From the NCBI GenBank assembly GCA_040881795.1, contig JBBECN010000235.1, positions 817-64,816 of the forward strand: a stretch of 64,000 nt of DNA. The letters are read 5' to 3'. This document shows, piece after piece, positions 1-10,289 of this stretch. Numbering within the stretch: the first letter of the stretch is position 1; the number at the start of each line of letters is the position of its first letter. The notes beneath the pieces are model-generated. The model was given only the letters and a program-made list of their open reading frames with translations. It searched no databases and was not told the origin of the DNA. The DNA comes from Akkermansiaceae bacterium (GTDB lineage: Bacteria; Verrucomicrobiota; Verrucomicrobiia; Verrucomicrobiales; Akkermansiaceae). The translations under genes and the position numbers were made by a program.

Positions 1-1246
1 GAATGAACTGCTCCATCATGTCGGTCCGCCAGACATGCAGGGAATCGGCAGTGAAACCATCGGTATCCTTGATGATGATTTCCTGGTCGGCGGTGGCTGA
101 GGTGGATTCCATTACCAGCGAGATGTGCTTTCCATCGGCTGAGATGAAGCCCACCACACTACCGCCTTTCGGGAGTTTGCGACCCACACTGTCGATGAAC
201 CGCCAACCCGGTGCCGCAAACTGGTTGATATGCGCAACCGGCCACAGCGTGGGTGCGATTTCATAGGCACCCGACCATGGGGTGTTGGCGGTCACCACGC
301 CCGAGCGCGGCGCGGGCAGGCAATCGTAATAACCCGTCACCGGGCTCCAAAAGTTAATTTTGGTGAGCTTTTGATCGATGAAAGTATGGTTCATGCTGGC
401 GGCGCGCTTGTGGAGGAAAGGCAGCATGCTTTGCCAATCCCACTCACCATGCTCGGACGACCAGGTGCGGATCCCCGCGGCGCGCAGAGTCTCCACCTCC
501 GGCGGGATTTCACCATGGGGATAGTGCACGCCGATGGCATGCAACGCCTTCGCCAGTTCGGGGTCGGCGGCTGCCTGACTGGCAATGCGCCACTGGTGCT
601 CCGGCGGCCCGTTCATATCACCGCCAACGATGCCGACGTGGGTGAACCCGGCCGCGTCGAGCGCCTTGCGGAACGATTTTAACCATTCCGGGTCGTCGAA
701 TTTTTCGTTCCACGCACCAACAAGCGAGATATCCAGATCGTGATATCTCTTGCCACCCTTGAGGAAGCCGATGAGATAATCAATCATGTCCTGCGAGAAC
801 AGCTTGCCATCGCCGACCCATCCCGGCGCGCCCCATGGCAGGCAGTCGAGGATGATTTGCGGGTTGCGTTTTTTCGCCTCCTTCATCAGCCACCACTCGA
901 AACCACGCTCGAAGTATTCGGGCCGCGGGTTGTCCAGTTCCTCGCGGCTGCGGGCGTGGGTGGGTTCGGTGCCGTCGGTCGAGTTGATTTCCCCACCCAC
1001 CTCGACTTTGAGGTGGGTGAAACCCGCGCCGAAGTTCGGCAAGAAAAGCCAGTCGAGCACCTGACTGCGCTGAGGTTCCGGGTAATCGATGAGCAGGCGA
1101 GTGGAGGCACCGGCACTGACTGCTCCGATGCCTTCGAATTCACGGGTGGCGGACGTGGGATCGAGCAGGAGTTCGATGTCGGCCGCATTGCTGGAGAGGG
1201 TCTGGGACAGCAGCACGGTCAGCAGGATTGTGCAGAGATTTTTCAT
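1..1246 (-). CDS. GH59 galactocerebrosidase-like beta-galactosidase; 3' end runs off the window
   Basis: Absent from the ORF track. Manual translation from ATG 1246 gives signal peptide MKNLCTILLTVLLSQ, then FEGIGAVSAGASTRLLIDYPEPQRSQVLDWLFLPNFGAGFTHLKVEVGGEINSTDGTEPTH, RGFEWWLMKEAKKRNP, GAWNEK and WSSE, all typical GH59 motifs. Confidence 0.9.
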   Translation of the reverse strand, partial: MKNLCTILLTVLLSQTLSSNAADIELLLDPTSATREFEGIGAVSAGASTRLLIDYPEPQRSQVLDWLFLPNFGAGFTHLKVEVGGEINSTDGTEPTHARSREELDNPRPEYFERGFEWWLMKEAKKRNPQIILDCLPWGAPGWVGDGKLFSQDMIDYLIGFLKGGKRYHDLDISLVGAWNEKFDDPEWLKSFRKALDAAGFTHVGIVGGDMNGPPEHQWRIASQAAADPELAKALHAIGVHYPHGEIPPEVETLRAAGIRTWSSEHGEWDWQSMLPFLHKRAASMNHTFIDQKLTKINFWSPVTGYYDCLPAPRSGVVTANTPWSGAYEIAPTLWPVAHINQFAAPGWRFIDSVGRKLPKGGSVVGFISADGKHISLVMESTSATADQEIIIKDTDGFTADSLHVWRTDMMEQFI

Positions 1247-1285
1247 GAAGATAGTGAGTGGTCGGGGAGCAAGCAATTTTGCATA

Positions 1286-1299
1286 TTGCCATATGATAA
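1286..1299. promoter_or_regulatory. Operator-like palindrome TTGCCATATGATAA (site 1 of 7)
   Basis: Lies 40 bp upstream of the GH59 start and matches the TTRTCATATGAYAA family. Confidence 0.7.
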
Positions 1300-1364
1300 T
1301 CACGAAATACATGGTTCTCGTCAGAATCCTTTCAAAGTGGATCAGGGATTCGCAACGAGTCGAT

Positions 1365-2561
1365 CTATCCTTCGTTCCAAAGAATATGGGTGCCACTCTT
1401 TCCGGGAGTGATGACATCGGGTAATCCGTTACCATCGAGATCGGCTACGCGGATCTGCAGCCCGATACCCGGGCCCTCTCCGGCGGCGGCTTCACTGATG
1501 AGGTGTTTGCTCCAGGTGAGTGCCTCTTTGTTCCATTTGTAATACTGAACGGTGATCGGATCGTTGGCACCGGGGTCCTTGCCAGAGTGAGCGTAATAAC
1601 GCTTCCCGGTGATGAGTTCTGGTTTTCCATCGCCGTCGAGGTCTTCCCAGGCGAGGGCGTGGGCTTGCGAGAATTTGTCGTCGATGAGCCGCTGGCGCCA
1701 AGTGGTGGCACCGTTTGACTGAGCCTCGAGTTGCTCCATCCAGTATAGCCCGTAGTTGTGCCCGTTCCCCCAGATGATGTCGTTGCGACCGTCTGCGTTA
1801 AGATCAACCACCAGCACGGGGCAGCTTGCGTGGGGTAGGTCGAAGTCGTGGTGCCAAGTCCAAAGTCCTGAAAACGGACCAGCAGCGGGACACTCAAACC
1901 AGCCTCTGCCGAAAATGATGTCGTCCTTGCCGTCACCGTTAATATCTCCGAAGCCCATGCCGTGACCGTTCGTGGCATCGGCGACGGTGTGTTTCTTTGC
2001 CTTCACTTTACCATCAGTAGCGCGAACGAGTCGATAGATCTCGGTCGGACTCGAGCCAACCCACGAATTGATGATCCACTCGGGCGTGCCATCTTTGTCG
2101 ATATCGTGAAAAAAAGCAGCTTCGTTCGCTTTCACGTTCGTATCGATCAATTCGTGCATCGTCCACCGATCCGAACTGTAATTGCCGGGACCGGGGTTTT
2201 CATACCACATGATCCCCGAAAATGTGAAAGCGATCGACAGAACATCCAGATCGCCATCTCCATCCATATCGTATAAATGCTCACCACTACTCTGCAGGTA
2301 GTCAGCGCCGAAGGGCACAAGTTTGCGGATTGGGAATCGCTCAAAATCGGGTGCTGCATACCAGAACTCCCCCGCCGTGATGTCTAGCTTTCCATCCCCG
2401 TTGATGTCACCGACGGCAAGACCTTCGTTGTTGTCCTTGTGAAGAAGCTGCACCCGCCATTGCGTCCCGGGAACCCCCTTTCTCTGGGCATTCTGTTGGG
2501 CTGTAAGAGAAACCCCGCAGATGACGAGGGCGGTGAGGGCGAATAAAAGGCTGGTTTTCAT
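1365..2561 (-). CDS. Secreted FG-GAP/VCBS repeat beta-propeller protein
   Basis: Signal peptide plus about seven DxNGDGxxD-type repeats (GDINGDGKLDI, DMDGDGDLDV, DLDGDGKPEL and others). Confidence 0.85.
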   Translation of the reverse strand: MKTSLLFALTALVICGVSLTAQQNAQRKGVPGTQWRVQLLHKDNNEGLAVGDINGDGKLDITAGEFWYAAPDFERFPIRKLVPFGADYLQSSGEHLYDMDGDGDLDVLSIAFTFSGIMWYENPGPGNYSSDRWTMHELIDTNVKANEAAFFHDIDKDGTPEWIINSWVGSSPTEIYRLVRATDGKVKAKKHTVADATNGHGMGFGDINGDGKDDIIFGRGWFECPAAGPFSGLWTWHHDFDLPHASCPVLVVDLNADGRNDIIWGNGHNYGLYWMEQLEAQSNGATTWRQRLIDDKFSQAHALAWEDLDGDGKPELITGKRYYAHSGKDPGANDPITVQYYKWNKEALTWSKHLISEAAAGEGPGIGLQIRVADLDGNGLPDVITPGKSGTHILWNEG

Positions 2562-2742
2562 GATGATTCAAGGTTGGACAGATTTCCGAGGTGTCATTTT
2601 CTAACCTGTCTTTTTTGGGTGATATTTCGATATCAAAATTTTGGCATGCGTCCCCCACAGTAGATCGTGGATCCTGACGATCCATCCCAGAGGACTCAAA
2701 CGATCACTTTGATTGAGCTCCCGGAAACGCCAGTCGCTTACT

Positions 2743-3558
2743 TCAGGGTAGAATTTCCATTTTCAAGCGGATGAAGCGTTTGGACACCGACGAGGTGTTT
2801 TGGATGTCTTCCAAAATGTGGGCGGTGTGTCCCTGAGCAGAATCCCCGGGTGTCACCGTGGCCAGACCAGTCCATACCCCCACTCCGATTTTGGTGGCCA
2901 GCTCCGTCCAGATATCCGTCAGATTGGTGTGAGCCTCAATGGTGTATTTCACATCGCTTGGCGGTGCCTCCGGAAGCAGAAACTTGAAAATCAATTTCTT
3001 GTTCGGATCGACGCCGACCAGGGCCGGGGAAGGGAGCAGGAACACGCTGTTTGAGCCGATGCTTGTCACTGGAATGCCGCCAAGAGCGTATTCGGCGATA
3101 TTGGACAGAGAGTCATTGTCGTCGTCGCCAGCAGCACTGGAAAGTCCGTTGCTGCTGAGCCACGCGATGAAACCGGAGGCAGGTTGGAAATTGATTTCTC
3201 CCAAGAGCAGCAGATTGGTGATCTGCCAATCGCCTGGGGGGAGATTGATGGTTTCGAAAGATCCGGTCAGCGGGGCAAAATCGAAAAGATCCAGAATATC
3301 GCCGTTGGCCCCAGAGTAGCCGTTGATGGCAGTGACATTCAGGATGGGTCCAGCAGGAATCCCGCCATTTGTCAGCGTGATGCTGCCACCGACTTTGATT
3401 TCATCGTGCAAAGTGCCCGGAATCGTGCCGCCAGCCTCCATGCTGACGGAGGCCCCTTGTTTTAAGACGAGGTTCCCGGTGATGGTCAAAGTGCCTGGAG
3501 CTGCAGAGGAGGTCGTTTCTAATGCAAGGGCCAACAAAGTTGGAAGCAACAGTTTCAT
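2743..3558 (-). CDS. Small secreted protein: beta-helix cap segment plus C-terminal FxRL domain, no catalytic domain
   Basis: Signal peptide; passenger-cap-like HDEIKVGGSITL...GDILDLFDF...GSFETINLP; then FIAWL..DDDNDSLSNIAEYALG...KRFIRLKMEILP. Confidence 0.8.
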   Translation of the reverse strand: MKLLLPTLLALALETTSSAAPGTLTITGNLVLKQGASVSMEAGGTIPGTLHDEIKVGGSITLTNGGIPAGPILNVTAINGYSGANGDILDLFDFAPLTGSFETINLPPGDWQITNLLLLGEINFQPASGFIAWLSSNGLSSAAGDDDNDSLSNIAEYALGGIPVTSIGSNSVFLLPSPALVGVDPNKKLIFKFLLPEAPPSDVKYTIEAHTNLTDIWTELATKIGVGVWTGLATVTPGDSAQGHTAHILEDIQNTSSVSKRFIRLKMEILP

Positions 3559-3601
3559 TGAGTTTTATCGAGTAATTTTCTATTCGTTGGTAGGTCTTAT
3601 G

Positions 3602-6600
3602 TTACCTCCCCAGAGTGCCCGGCCAAGATTCAAATGGCAATGTTTCTGCTGTGACTGTTTGTGAAAAGTCGAGGCGGGTCCGCGAGCTTAACCGTGCTGA
3701 CCTCGGGCGGTTCTCAAATGGCGAGTCTGGCCTACGAATCATCAGACTTTCCATGAGAAACTCGTTCGAAACTGCGAGTTCCTTCCTCACCACGACCAGA
3801 GAGCCATCGATTGACAAGCGGTCCTGCCAAGCCAAATGGGCGTCAAGCAAGGGGAGCGTGACCCGATCAAACTTTCCCAAGTGGTCCGCAGCCTTAAACA
3901 GATTGAAACCATCCCCAGCCTCAAACGGATCGTTGTTCATGTTTGTGACAACGAGTTCTCCCCCTTGTGTCAAACTCCCGGACACGAGGAACTGATCGTT
4001 CATCCACCCGTCCGCCGTCTTTTCAAGCTCCATTGAAACCAAACCCTGCAGCTTGGTTTCCCCCTGATTCTTCAAACACCCCACCGACTCTCCGGGCGAG
4101 ATCGCTCCGTTGACAATCAGATTTCCACTGACTGTTCCATTTCCGCTCAAGGTCTGGTGTGCTTCGATGGTGTAGCCTGACGGATAGGCCAAAACGTCAA
4201 GAATGGCATCTTTGGAAACCAATATCCCGGAAGACTGCGAAAGCGAGCCACCCTGATTCAAGCGCAGAGTTCCTGCTTGGATCCGCGAGTTTCCTTGGTG
4301 TGAACTGGCGCTTGAGATCGACAGGATTCCCAAGCTTGTTTTCCGGAAGCCCCCGACTCCGCTCATCGGCCCGGTGAGCGTGAGGGTATCAGCCACGTCG
4401 AAAACTGAATCCGAGTTGATGAGAACCGGCCCTTGCAGTGTGGGGCTACCCCCGAGAAATTGGTAGATCCGGCCGCCGTTGAGAACGATTTTCTTGTTGA
4501 GCAAAACAGTGCCGGTCGCGGGAAATCCGAGTGTCGCAGATTCAGCGATGGTAGCGGTATTGCCCGAGCGCCCGAGTGACTGGTCCACGTTCCCAAGATA
4601 ACCATTCGCATACAGGGATCCGGACCGGACGTCGATATCGCCAAGATCGCTTGCGCCATTCCCGATGCCGACATAGCCATTGCCGGCTCCAATCACGGTG
4701 AGGGCATGTCCTCCACCGGCCACCGTGCCAAGCACGTTGAGCCCCTCCCCACTGGAACCCAGTGTCACATTGCCGCTTACGGTCAGGTTGCGTATTCTTG
4801 CCTGGTTCAGGCTGCTGTTGATCAAGGCTCCCGCCTCATTGAAGCCAGGACCGGCTGCAATCACGTTTTGAACGGGCATCGGATTGCCGTTCATGTCGGC
4901 GGTGCCGCCGGGGACGATGGTCAATGTCTGGGAGCCGAAGGCGCTGCCGCTGCCGGCTTTGAGAACGCCCGCCTGCACCGTGGATCCACCGGAGAAGGTA
5001 TTGAGTCCGGTGAGAATGGTGGTGCCGGCGCCCTGTTTCACCAAGGCTCCCGTTCCACTCAGGACACCGGCGAAAGTAGTATCCTGCGAATTGCCTCCAA
5101 AACCCAGACTCACCGCAGCACTTGCAAGGTTGGATAGTGACAGGTCCATGCTGCCGGCCAGTCCTCCGAGGGTCGCCTTCACCGCGCTGCCGAAACTCAA
5201 GCTGCCGCTGTCATAATTCAAGGTGCTGCCTTGCAGCGCCAATGGATGCGCAATCTGCAAGGTGCCTGTTGCAATGCTTGTCGGCCCCGCGAAATCATTC
5301 GCCGCGGCCAGCGCCAAGGTGCCTACGCCCTTTTTTGACAAACCGCCGCTTCCACCGATTGAGCCGATGACCGTCAGTACATCGGCAATGTCGAAGGTGG
5401 AGGCTGCATTGAGGGTGATTTCACCCTCCAGCACCGGAGCACTCGCAGGCGATTCCCACTGCCTGATCGTGCCGCCGTTCGAGACAATTTTCTTATCGTG
5501 GGTGATGCTCCCGTTACGGACGAGGCCGAGCGTGGCAAGCGGCGAAAGGGTCAAGGTGCTCGAGGGCCGACCCAGGCATCCGCGCACGTTTGGCAGGTAG
5601 CCATTGAGGTAGAGAGCACCTGATAAAACGCTGATATCGCCCAGATCGCTCTCGCCGCGGCCGATTCCGACATAGCCCGCGGTTCCGTTGCCCGTCACGG
5701 TCAAGGAGTGGCCGCCTCCGGCAATGCCGCCATGGATGTTCAAGCCGCCAAACACCGAGCTGATCGTGGTATCGCCGAAAAGCGCGAGATTTTCAATACC
5801 GGCACCGATTCCGCTGTTGTTCATGATCGCCCCGTTGCCACCGGGGCCCGCGCCGCTTGCAATGACATCGACCGTCAAGCGGAGGCCGTTCGTGTCCACG
5901 CCTGCTCCGCTTTTGATACTGACCGCCCCCGTGCCGAATGCGCTGGCATTTCCCGCCCGCAGGGTTCCTGCGTGAACCACGCTGCCGCCCGTAAAAGCGT
6001 TCGCTCCATTGAGAACCAATGTTCCACCTCCCAGTTTGGCAAGTGTCGACATGTTTGTGAGGCTACTGTTCACCACCGCAGAATTGGCTGTCACCGTGAT
6101 GCTGGCATCCGGGGCCAGCTGGATGCTTCCACCAGCCAGCGTCCAGTTATTACTGCCGGGAGGACTGAAAACCAAGTTGCGGACACGGGTCGGTGCAAGA
6201 TCGACAGTCACCGTGCGCGAACCGCTTATGAAGTTGCTGAAATTGACAGTTGCGTTATCGCCGTTGGGAACCAGCCCCGACAGCCAATTTTGCGGGGCCG
6301 ACCAGTTGCCACTCGCATTCAAAGCCCAGGACCCGGAGCTCGGTGGCTCGGCGGGAGCGGCATGAACAATGATTTGCACCCAGTCATCGGCATAGCCGGA
6401 GTTGCCACCTGCGATGCTGAAAGCATAGATCTTCTTCGATGTGGCGACGAGACCCGTCACGCTCACCGTCTGCGGCATGCTCCAATTGGAAGGCGTGAAC
6501 AGCAGGGTTTCACCGCCGCTGATCACCGCGTGGGTCTGCTCCTTGCTCACCGAGTTGGTCACCGTGACCGGCCCTGCGGGCTCGCGACTCAACCTGACTT

Positions 6601-8176
6601 GAAACGTGGCGCTTGCCCCCTCACCCACAGCCAAACCACCCACCGAGGCAAGCACATGCGAACCACGATCCTGCCCGTCAAAATAGGGAGTGCCCCGCCC
6701 CACATCCTGCGGGACGAGATCGCCCTGCGGTGAACTGCTGGTGCCGAAAACCTCGCGCACCGCGTCCAGATAACCGAAAGCATGTTCGCGGGTGACGCCG
6801 ATGAAATGCCCCTCGCCCCATTCGTCCCAGTTATCCAACAGGAGCATTTTGGTTTCCAGCCCGCTGCCGGATCTGGACATGAGTTCGGTTTTCGCATTTC
6901 TGAGCACGGTGGTGTAGTTGGCGGGATTCAAGCGCCACTTTGTCGAGCTGACCGAGTTCCCCCAAGGTTCGGAGTTCCAACCGGAGGAAACGGTCACCAA
7001 GTTCGGAATCACGCCGAGCTGCTGGGCATCCCAAACCTGTTGATGGTCGCCGATCACCTCGCTGGCAGTTGGTGTCTGATTCGATAGAGTTCCCATGAAG
7101 GTAGGAATGTGGTAGGCGGAACTATAGTCCATTCCGGCATCCTTCAGGTCCTGGTTCCTATGGTTGGCTCCGGCACTCTTGAACCCATTATAGCTGCCAA
7201 TCACATGCAGGCCGTCGAATCCCGCAAGCTGCGCGGCAGCCCGCATTTCGGAAACCGCCAAAGCCATTTCCGGTGCTTCAAGCGGGATCTCAAAAAAGAA
7301 GATCACCGGCTTGTTATCGATCACCAAATAGTTAGGCCGCTTCAGGTAATTCTCCATCCAGTATGGGAAAACGTTACCCGCCATGTCTGCCTTTGAATTC
7401 GCGATTTTCCCGACGCTCATGATTGCAAATTTTGCGGTCGAGCCATAGCGGCCATTCAGGAATCCACCCTCAAGCCAACGGTGGTGCTTAGGCACCACCA
7501 CGGACTTCCCTACGTTTTCGGGCTCGCGATACCAGCACGGAACAAAATAAGAAATACCATTCTCAAGCGCCCATTTGACCTGCCAATCGGTAACCTCAAA
7601 GTCGCCCTCGTCATAGAAACCTAGAGCAGGCTTTCGGTCGGGATAAAGATAAATCGAACTATGGGCGGTGTCCCTCCAGAATGGGCAAATCATCGCCCCA
7701 ACCAAAACAGAATTCGTTGAGGTCGGTATTGGTTCGGGAACATAGTCGCCCGTGGTTGATGGCACTGCATCGTGCCACCAGATGGGAAACGTGGAGTTCA
7801 ACTTCACGACCGTTCCTTGTTTGACAGCAACTGAAGCGCTTCCTTTGGAAGGAACCGAGGATTCGACATCCCATGTCAGAAGTTTGACTTCGCCACCTGC
7901 CAACAAAGGGATGCTCGTCCGCAAGGTAGAACTCATACCGAGACCCACGGTTCCTTGAGGAGGACTCAGTTCGACTGTCAGATCATAGAATGGTGTGCTC
8001 TCCGTGTTTTGGATCGCGACCGAGATCTTTGCCGGACGATTGACCCGTGCGATGACCGGTTCAAGGTAGCCTTGTTGAAGCTTCAGGCCCTGCGCCTGCG
8101 CGTCGGACATGATCAAGCACGAAGCACCGATCAGAAGGAACAGGCATTGGAATAGTGAACATTTGGCAGGTATCAT
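3602..8176 (-). CDS. GH99-like (WbsX-like) glycoside hydrolase with autotransporter-associated beta-strand repeats
   Basis: PALGFYDEGDFEVTDWQVKWALENGISYFVPCWY and LDNWDEWGEGH; multiple KxGxGTLxLxxxNxFxG repeats; no beta-barrel. ATG 8176 preferred over the TTG at 8197. Confidence 0.8.
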   Translation of the reverse strand: MIPAKCSLFQCLFLLIGASCLIMSDAQAQGLKLQQGYLEPVIARVNRPAKISVAIQNTESTPFYDLTVELSPPQGTVGLGMSSTLRTSIPLLAGGEVKLLTWDVESSVPSKGSASVAVKQGTVVKLNSTFPIWWHDAVPSTTGDYVPEPIPTSTNSVLVGAMICPFWRDTAHSSIYLYPDRKPALGFYDEGDFEVTDWQVKWALENGISYFVPCWYREPENVGKSVVVPKHHRWLEGGFLNGRYGSTAKFAIMSVGKIANSKADMAGNVFPYWMENYLKRPNYLVIDNKPVIFFFEIPLEAPEMALAVSEMRAAAQLAGFDGLHVIGSYNGFKSAGANHRNQDLKDAGMDYSSAYHIPTFMGTLSNQTPTASEVIGDHQQVWDAQQLGVIPNLVTVSSGWNSEPWGNSVSSTKWRLNPANYTTVLRNAKTELMSRSGSGLETKMLLLDNWDEWGEGHFIGVTREHAFGYLDAVREVFGTSSSPQGDLVPQDVGRGTPYFDGQDRGSHVLASVGGLAVGEGASATFQVRLSREPAGPVTVTNSVSKEQTHAVISGGETLLFTPSNWSMPQTVSVTGLVATSKKIYAFSIAGGNSGYADDWVQIIVHAAPAEPPSSGSWALNASGNWSAPQNWLSGLVPNGDNATVNFSNFISGSRTVTVDLAPTRVRNLVFSPPGSNNWTLAGGSIQLAPDASITVTANSAVVNSSLTNMSTLAKLGGGTLVLNGANAFTGGSVVHAGTLRAGNASAFGTGAVSIKSGAGVDTNGLRLTVDVIASGAGPGGNGAIMNNSGIGAGIENLALFGDTTISSVFGGLNIHGGIAGGGHSLTVTGNGTAGYVGIGRGESDLGDISVLSGALYLNGYLPNVRGCLGRPSSTLTLSPLATLGLVRNGSITHDKKIVSNGGTIRQWESPASAPVLEGEITLNAASTFDIADVLTVIGSIGGSGGLSKKGVGTLALAAANDFAGPTSIATGTLQIAHPLALQGSTLNYDSGSLSFGSAVKATLGGLAGSMDLSLSNLASAAVSLGFGGNSQDTTFAGVLSGTGALVKQGAGTTILTGLNTFSGGSTVQAGVLKAGSGSAFGSQTLTIVPGGTADMNGNPMPVQNVIAAGPGFNEAGALINSSLNQARIRNLTVSGNVTLGSSGEGLNVLGTVAGGGHALTVIGAGNGYVGIGNGASDLGDIDVRSGSLYANGYLGNVDQSLGRSGNTATIAESATLGFPATGTVLLNKKIVLNGGRIYQFLGGSPTLQGPVLINSDSVFDVADTLTLTGPMSGVGGFRKTSLGILSISSASSHQGNSRIQAGTLRLNQGGSLSQSSGILVSKDAILDVLAYPSGYTIEAHQTLSGNGTVSGNLIVNGAISPGESVGCLKNQGETKLQGLVSMELEKTADGWMNDQFLVSGSLTQGGELVVTNMNNDPFEAGDGFNLFKAADHLGKFDRVTLPLLDAHLAWQDRLSIDGSLVVVRKELAVSNEFLMESLMIRRPDSPFENRPRSARLSSRTRLDFSQTVTAETLPFESWPGTLGR

Positions 8177-8249
8177 CGGACGGGATGCATCAGGCAAGCA
8201 GTGAAAAAGTGGTTGCGGATGAGGTTTGAATCGTCAACCACCAAGCTAG

Positions 8250-10280
8250 TTAGAGGTCTTTCCTTTCAAAATTCCCCTTGCCCGCTCCCGTCTTGGGCTT
8301 TCCGTCGGGATGCTTGACGCTGGTGTCAACCGGAATCGGCGGACACTCGTCCGTGCCGGGACACGTCAGCCGCCACGTATCTTCGGGGAAGGCATTTCTC
8401 AAAAACAGCGGCTGTGGCAGCCATACCCGAAACAGGTTTTCACCACTCCACCCATTACCTGCAGAGGCGTAATCGCACATCCCCAAGGTGATCTCATGGT
8501 GGTCGAAATAATGTTTCGGCTGGACTTTGAATGGCACGTCGAACGAAAGCCAGATTTTCTGATTTTTCTCATTCCGGGGAGTAAGTTTCACAAAACCATC
8601 ACTGTCTGTGACCAATCTCACCGCGATATCCTGCTTCTTGATCAAGCGGTCATCAAGGGCCAGCACGATCGGGCCGCGCATGACACTGTAGGCGGGGGCA
8701 CCGCTCGGAGCGGCGATGGCCCGGCCTCGCAGATCCAGAGTGAGGACCACCTTGTCGTTTGGCGCCCACTCGCGGTCGATCACCGCATAGCTGGCAGCCT
8801 GCGTAGGAAACGCTTCGCCATTCACCGTGAGAGAACTTGTCTTGCTCCACGCTGGAACCCGCAACTTGAGGGCGAAGCGGGCCTTGGCAGCGGGCGAAAC
8901 GGTTAGGTTGACCGTGTCTCCCTTCGGATAATCCGTCTCCTGCTTCACAGTCACTTTTTGGCCGCTTGCCAGGTTGTGGACCGCTTCTCCGGGTGCATAC
9001 AAGTTGACGACGATTCCGCCGTCGAAGCCCATCATCGCCCACTTCGGGGTGAGCAACAATCCTCGCGGGCCGTTGGCGACGCAGCAGCTCATCTGCACAT
9101 CCTCATGCTGATAGTGACTGGGGACCCGCTGACCGGCCAACGGCGAAAAATAGGCCCACCACGCACCATCGGGTGTCATGGAGCCGAGCAGGGCGTTGTA
9201 GAGTGATATTTCAAGTTCGTCAGCCCACAGCGGGTCACCAGTTAGCCGGAGCAGTTGATTGCAGAGCCCCATCCACGTGGTGGTGACACAGGTTTCGACC
9301 GGTTGTTCGAGCGTTTCGGTCTGGGTTCTTTTCCCATCCGCCCACAGTTCCTGATTTGAACCGGAACCATGAATCATCAACTCGGACTTGCGGATGGATT
9401 GGGCGAATTGAACAGCGCGATCCAAATAAGTCTTGTTGCCCGTGGCGCGATACATCTCGCACAGCCCTTCAAAGCAGGACATCATCTCGTAGGCCTTGCG
9501 CGAGGCGATTTTGGCTGGCGGTGTGCCGTCTGCCGCATGTTCAAGCAGTCGCAGCCCGTCGGAGATCAATTTGTTTCCCCGGCTCCAGTTGCTGATAATG
9601 TCATTGGCGAGCTCCAAGTAACGCTTGTTGCCGGTTCTTTGGTAGAGCTGTGCGATCGGCTGCAGCACCGAGCTTGAAGAAAGCCCCTGCAAGACATCAA
9701 TGCCGTTCTCGGTAAGGTTGAATTCGCCCGGCGGTGCCTCTTTCAAAAGGTGATCCGCCGCCCGGCAGGCGGCTTCAAGCGATGCCTTGTTTCCGTTGAG
9801 ATCGTAGTCTGCGATGAGCCCGAGCATTGAATATTTGCGGCTCCAGACATCCCAGATTCCGAGATGCTTGTCGGCCTTGTAGGTCCCGATATAGCCATCC
9901 GGCGTTTGAGTTTTCAGCAGTTCCTCCACGCCGAGATCAATCACTTTCCGGTGCTCCGGGGTCGGTTGATACGAAAGGGCGAGAGAAGCTGAAGTAAACC
10001 ACTTTCCCCAGTATTCACCGCGCCAGTGACCCGAATTTTCCTCGAACCTTTCCTGATAGGCCTTCATGATCAGGCTGAGATCCTGCGCCATGACACGGTT
10101 GTCGATGGATGCTTGCATTTTTTCCCCAAGCCAGCCTTCAATCTTAATGCTTCCCGGCGCCGCTGCCGTGAAAGTATCCCCGATTTTGATTGCTGGCGGT
10201 TTGGACGGCTCAACGGCCATGGAAACGTAAGCGATGACAACGGTGAATCCGGCGAGTGATGAGACAAGTAAAGGTTTCAT
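8250..10280 (-). CDS. GH127-family beta-L-arabinofuranosidase-like hydrolase
   Basis: Signal peptide; WRGEYWGKW, KAYEMMSC, ETCVT, SCCVANGPRG, QETDYP and RGPIVLA motifs. Confidence 0.88.
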   Translation of the reverse strand: MKPLLVSSLAGFTVVIAYVSMAVEPSKPPAIKIGDTFTAAAPGSIKIEGWLGEKMQASIDNRVMAQDLSLIMKAYQERFEENSGHWRGEYWGKWFTSASLALSYQPTPEHRKVIDLGVEELLKTQTPDGYIGTYKADKHLGIWDVWSRKYSMLGLIADYDLNGNKASLEAACRAADHLLKEAPPGEFNLTENGIDVLQGLSSSSVLQPIAQLYQRTGNKRYLELANDIISNWSRGNKLISDGLRLLEHAADGTPPAKIASRKAYEMMSCFEGLCEMYRATGNKTYLDRAVQFAQSIRKSELMIHGSGSNQELWADGKRTQTETLEQPVETCVTTTWMGLCNQLLRLTGDPLWADELEISLYNALLGSMTPDGAWWAYFSPLAGQRVPSHYQHEDVQMSCCVANGPRGLLLTPKWAMMGFDGGIVVNLYAPGEAVHNLASGQKVTVKQETDYPKGDTVNLTVSPAAKARFALKLRVPAWSKTSSLTVNGEAFPTQAASYAVIDREWAPNDKVVLTLDLRGRAIAAPSGAPAYSVMRGPIVLALDDRLIKKQDIAVRLVTDSDGFVKLTPRNEKNQKIWLSFDVPFKVQPKHYFDHHEITLGMCDYASAGNGWSGENLFRVWLPQPLFLRNAFPEDTWRLTCPGTDECPPIPVDTSVKHPDGKPKTGAGKGNFERKDL

Positions 10281-10289
10281 GGCTGGTTT

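Noticed and set aside
3-1424. Plus-strand ORFs 230-682, 740-1411 and neighbours
   Set aside because: They are antisense shadows of the minus-strand GH59 gene, which the ORF track missed because it lacks a stop in the window.
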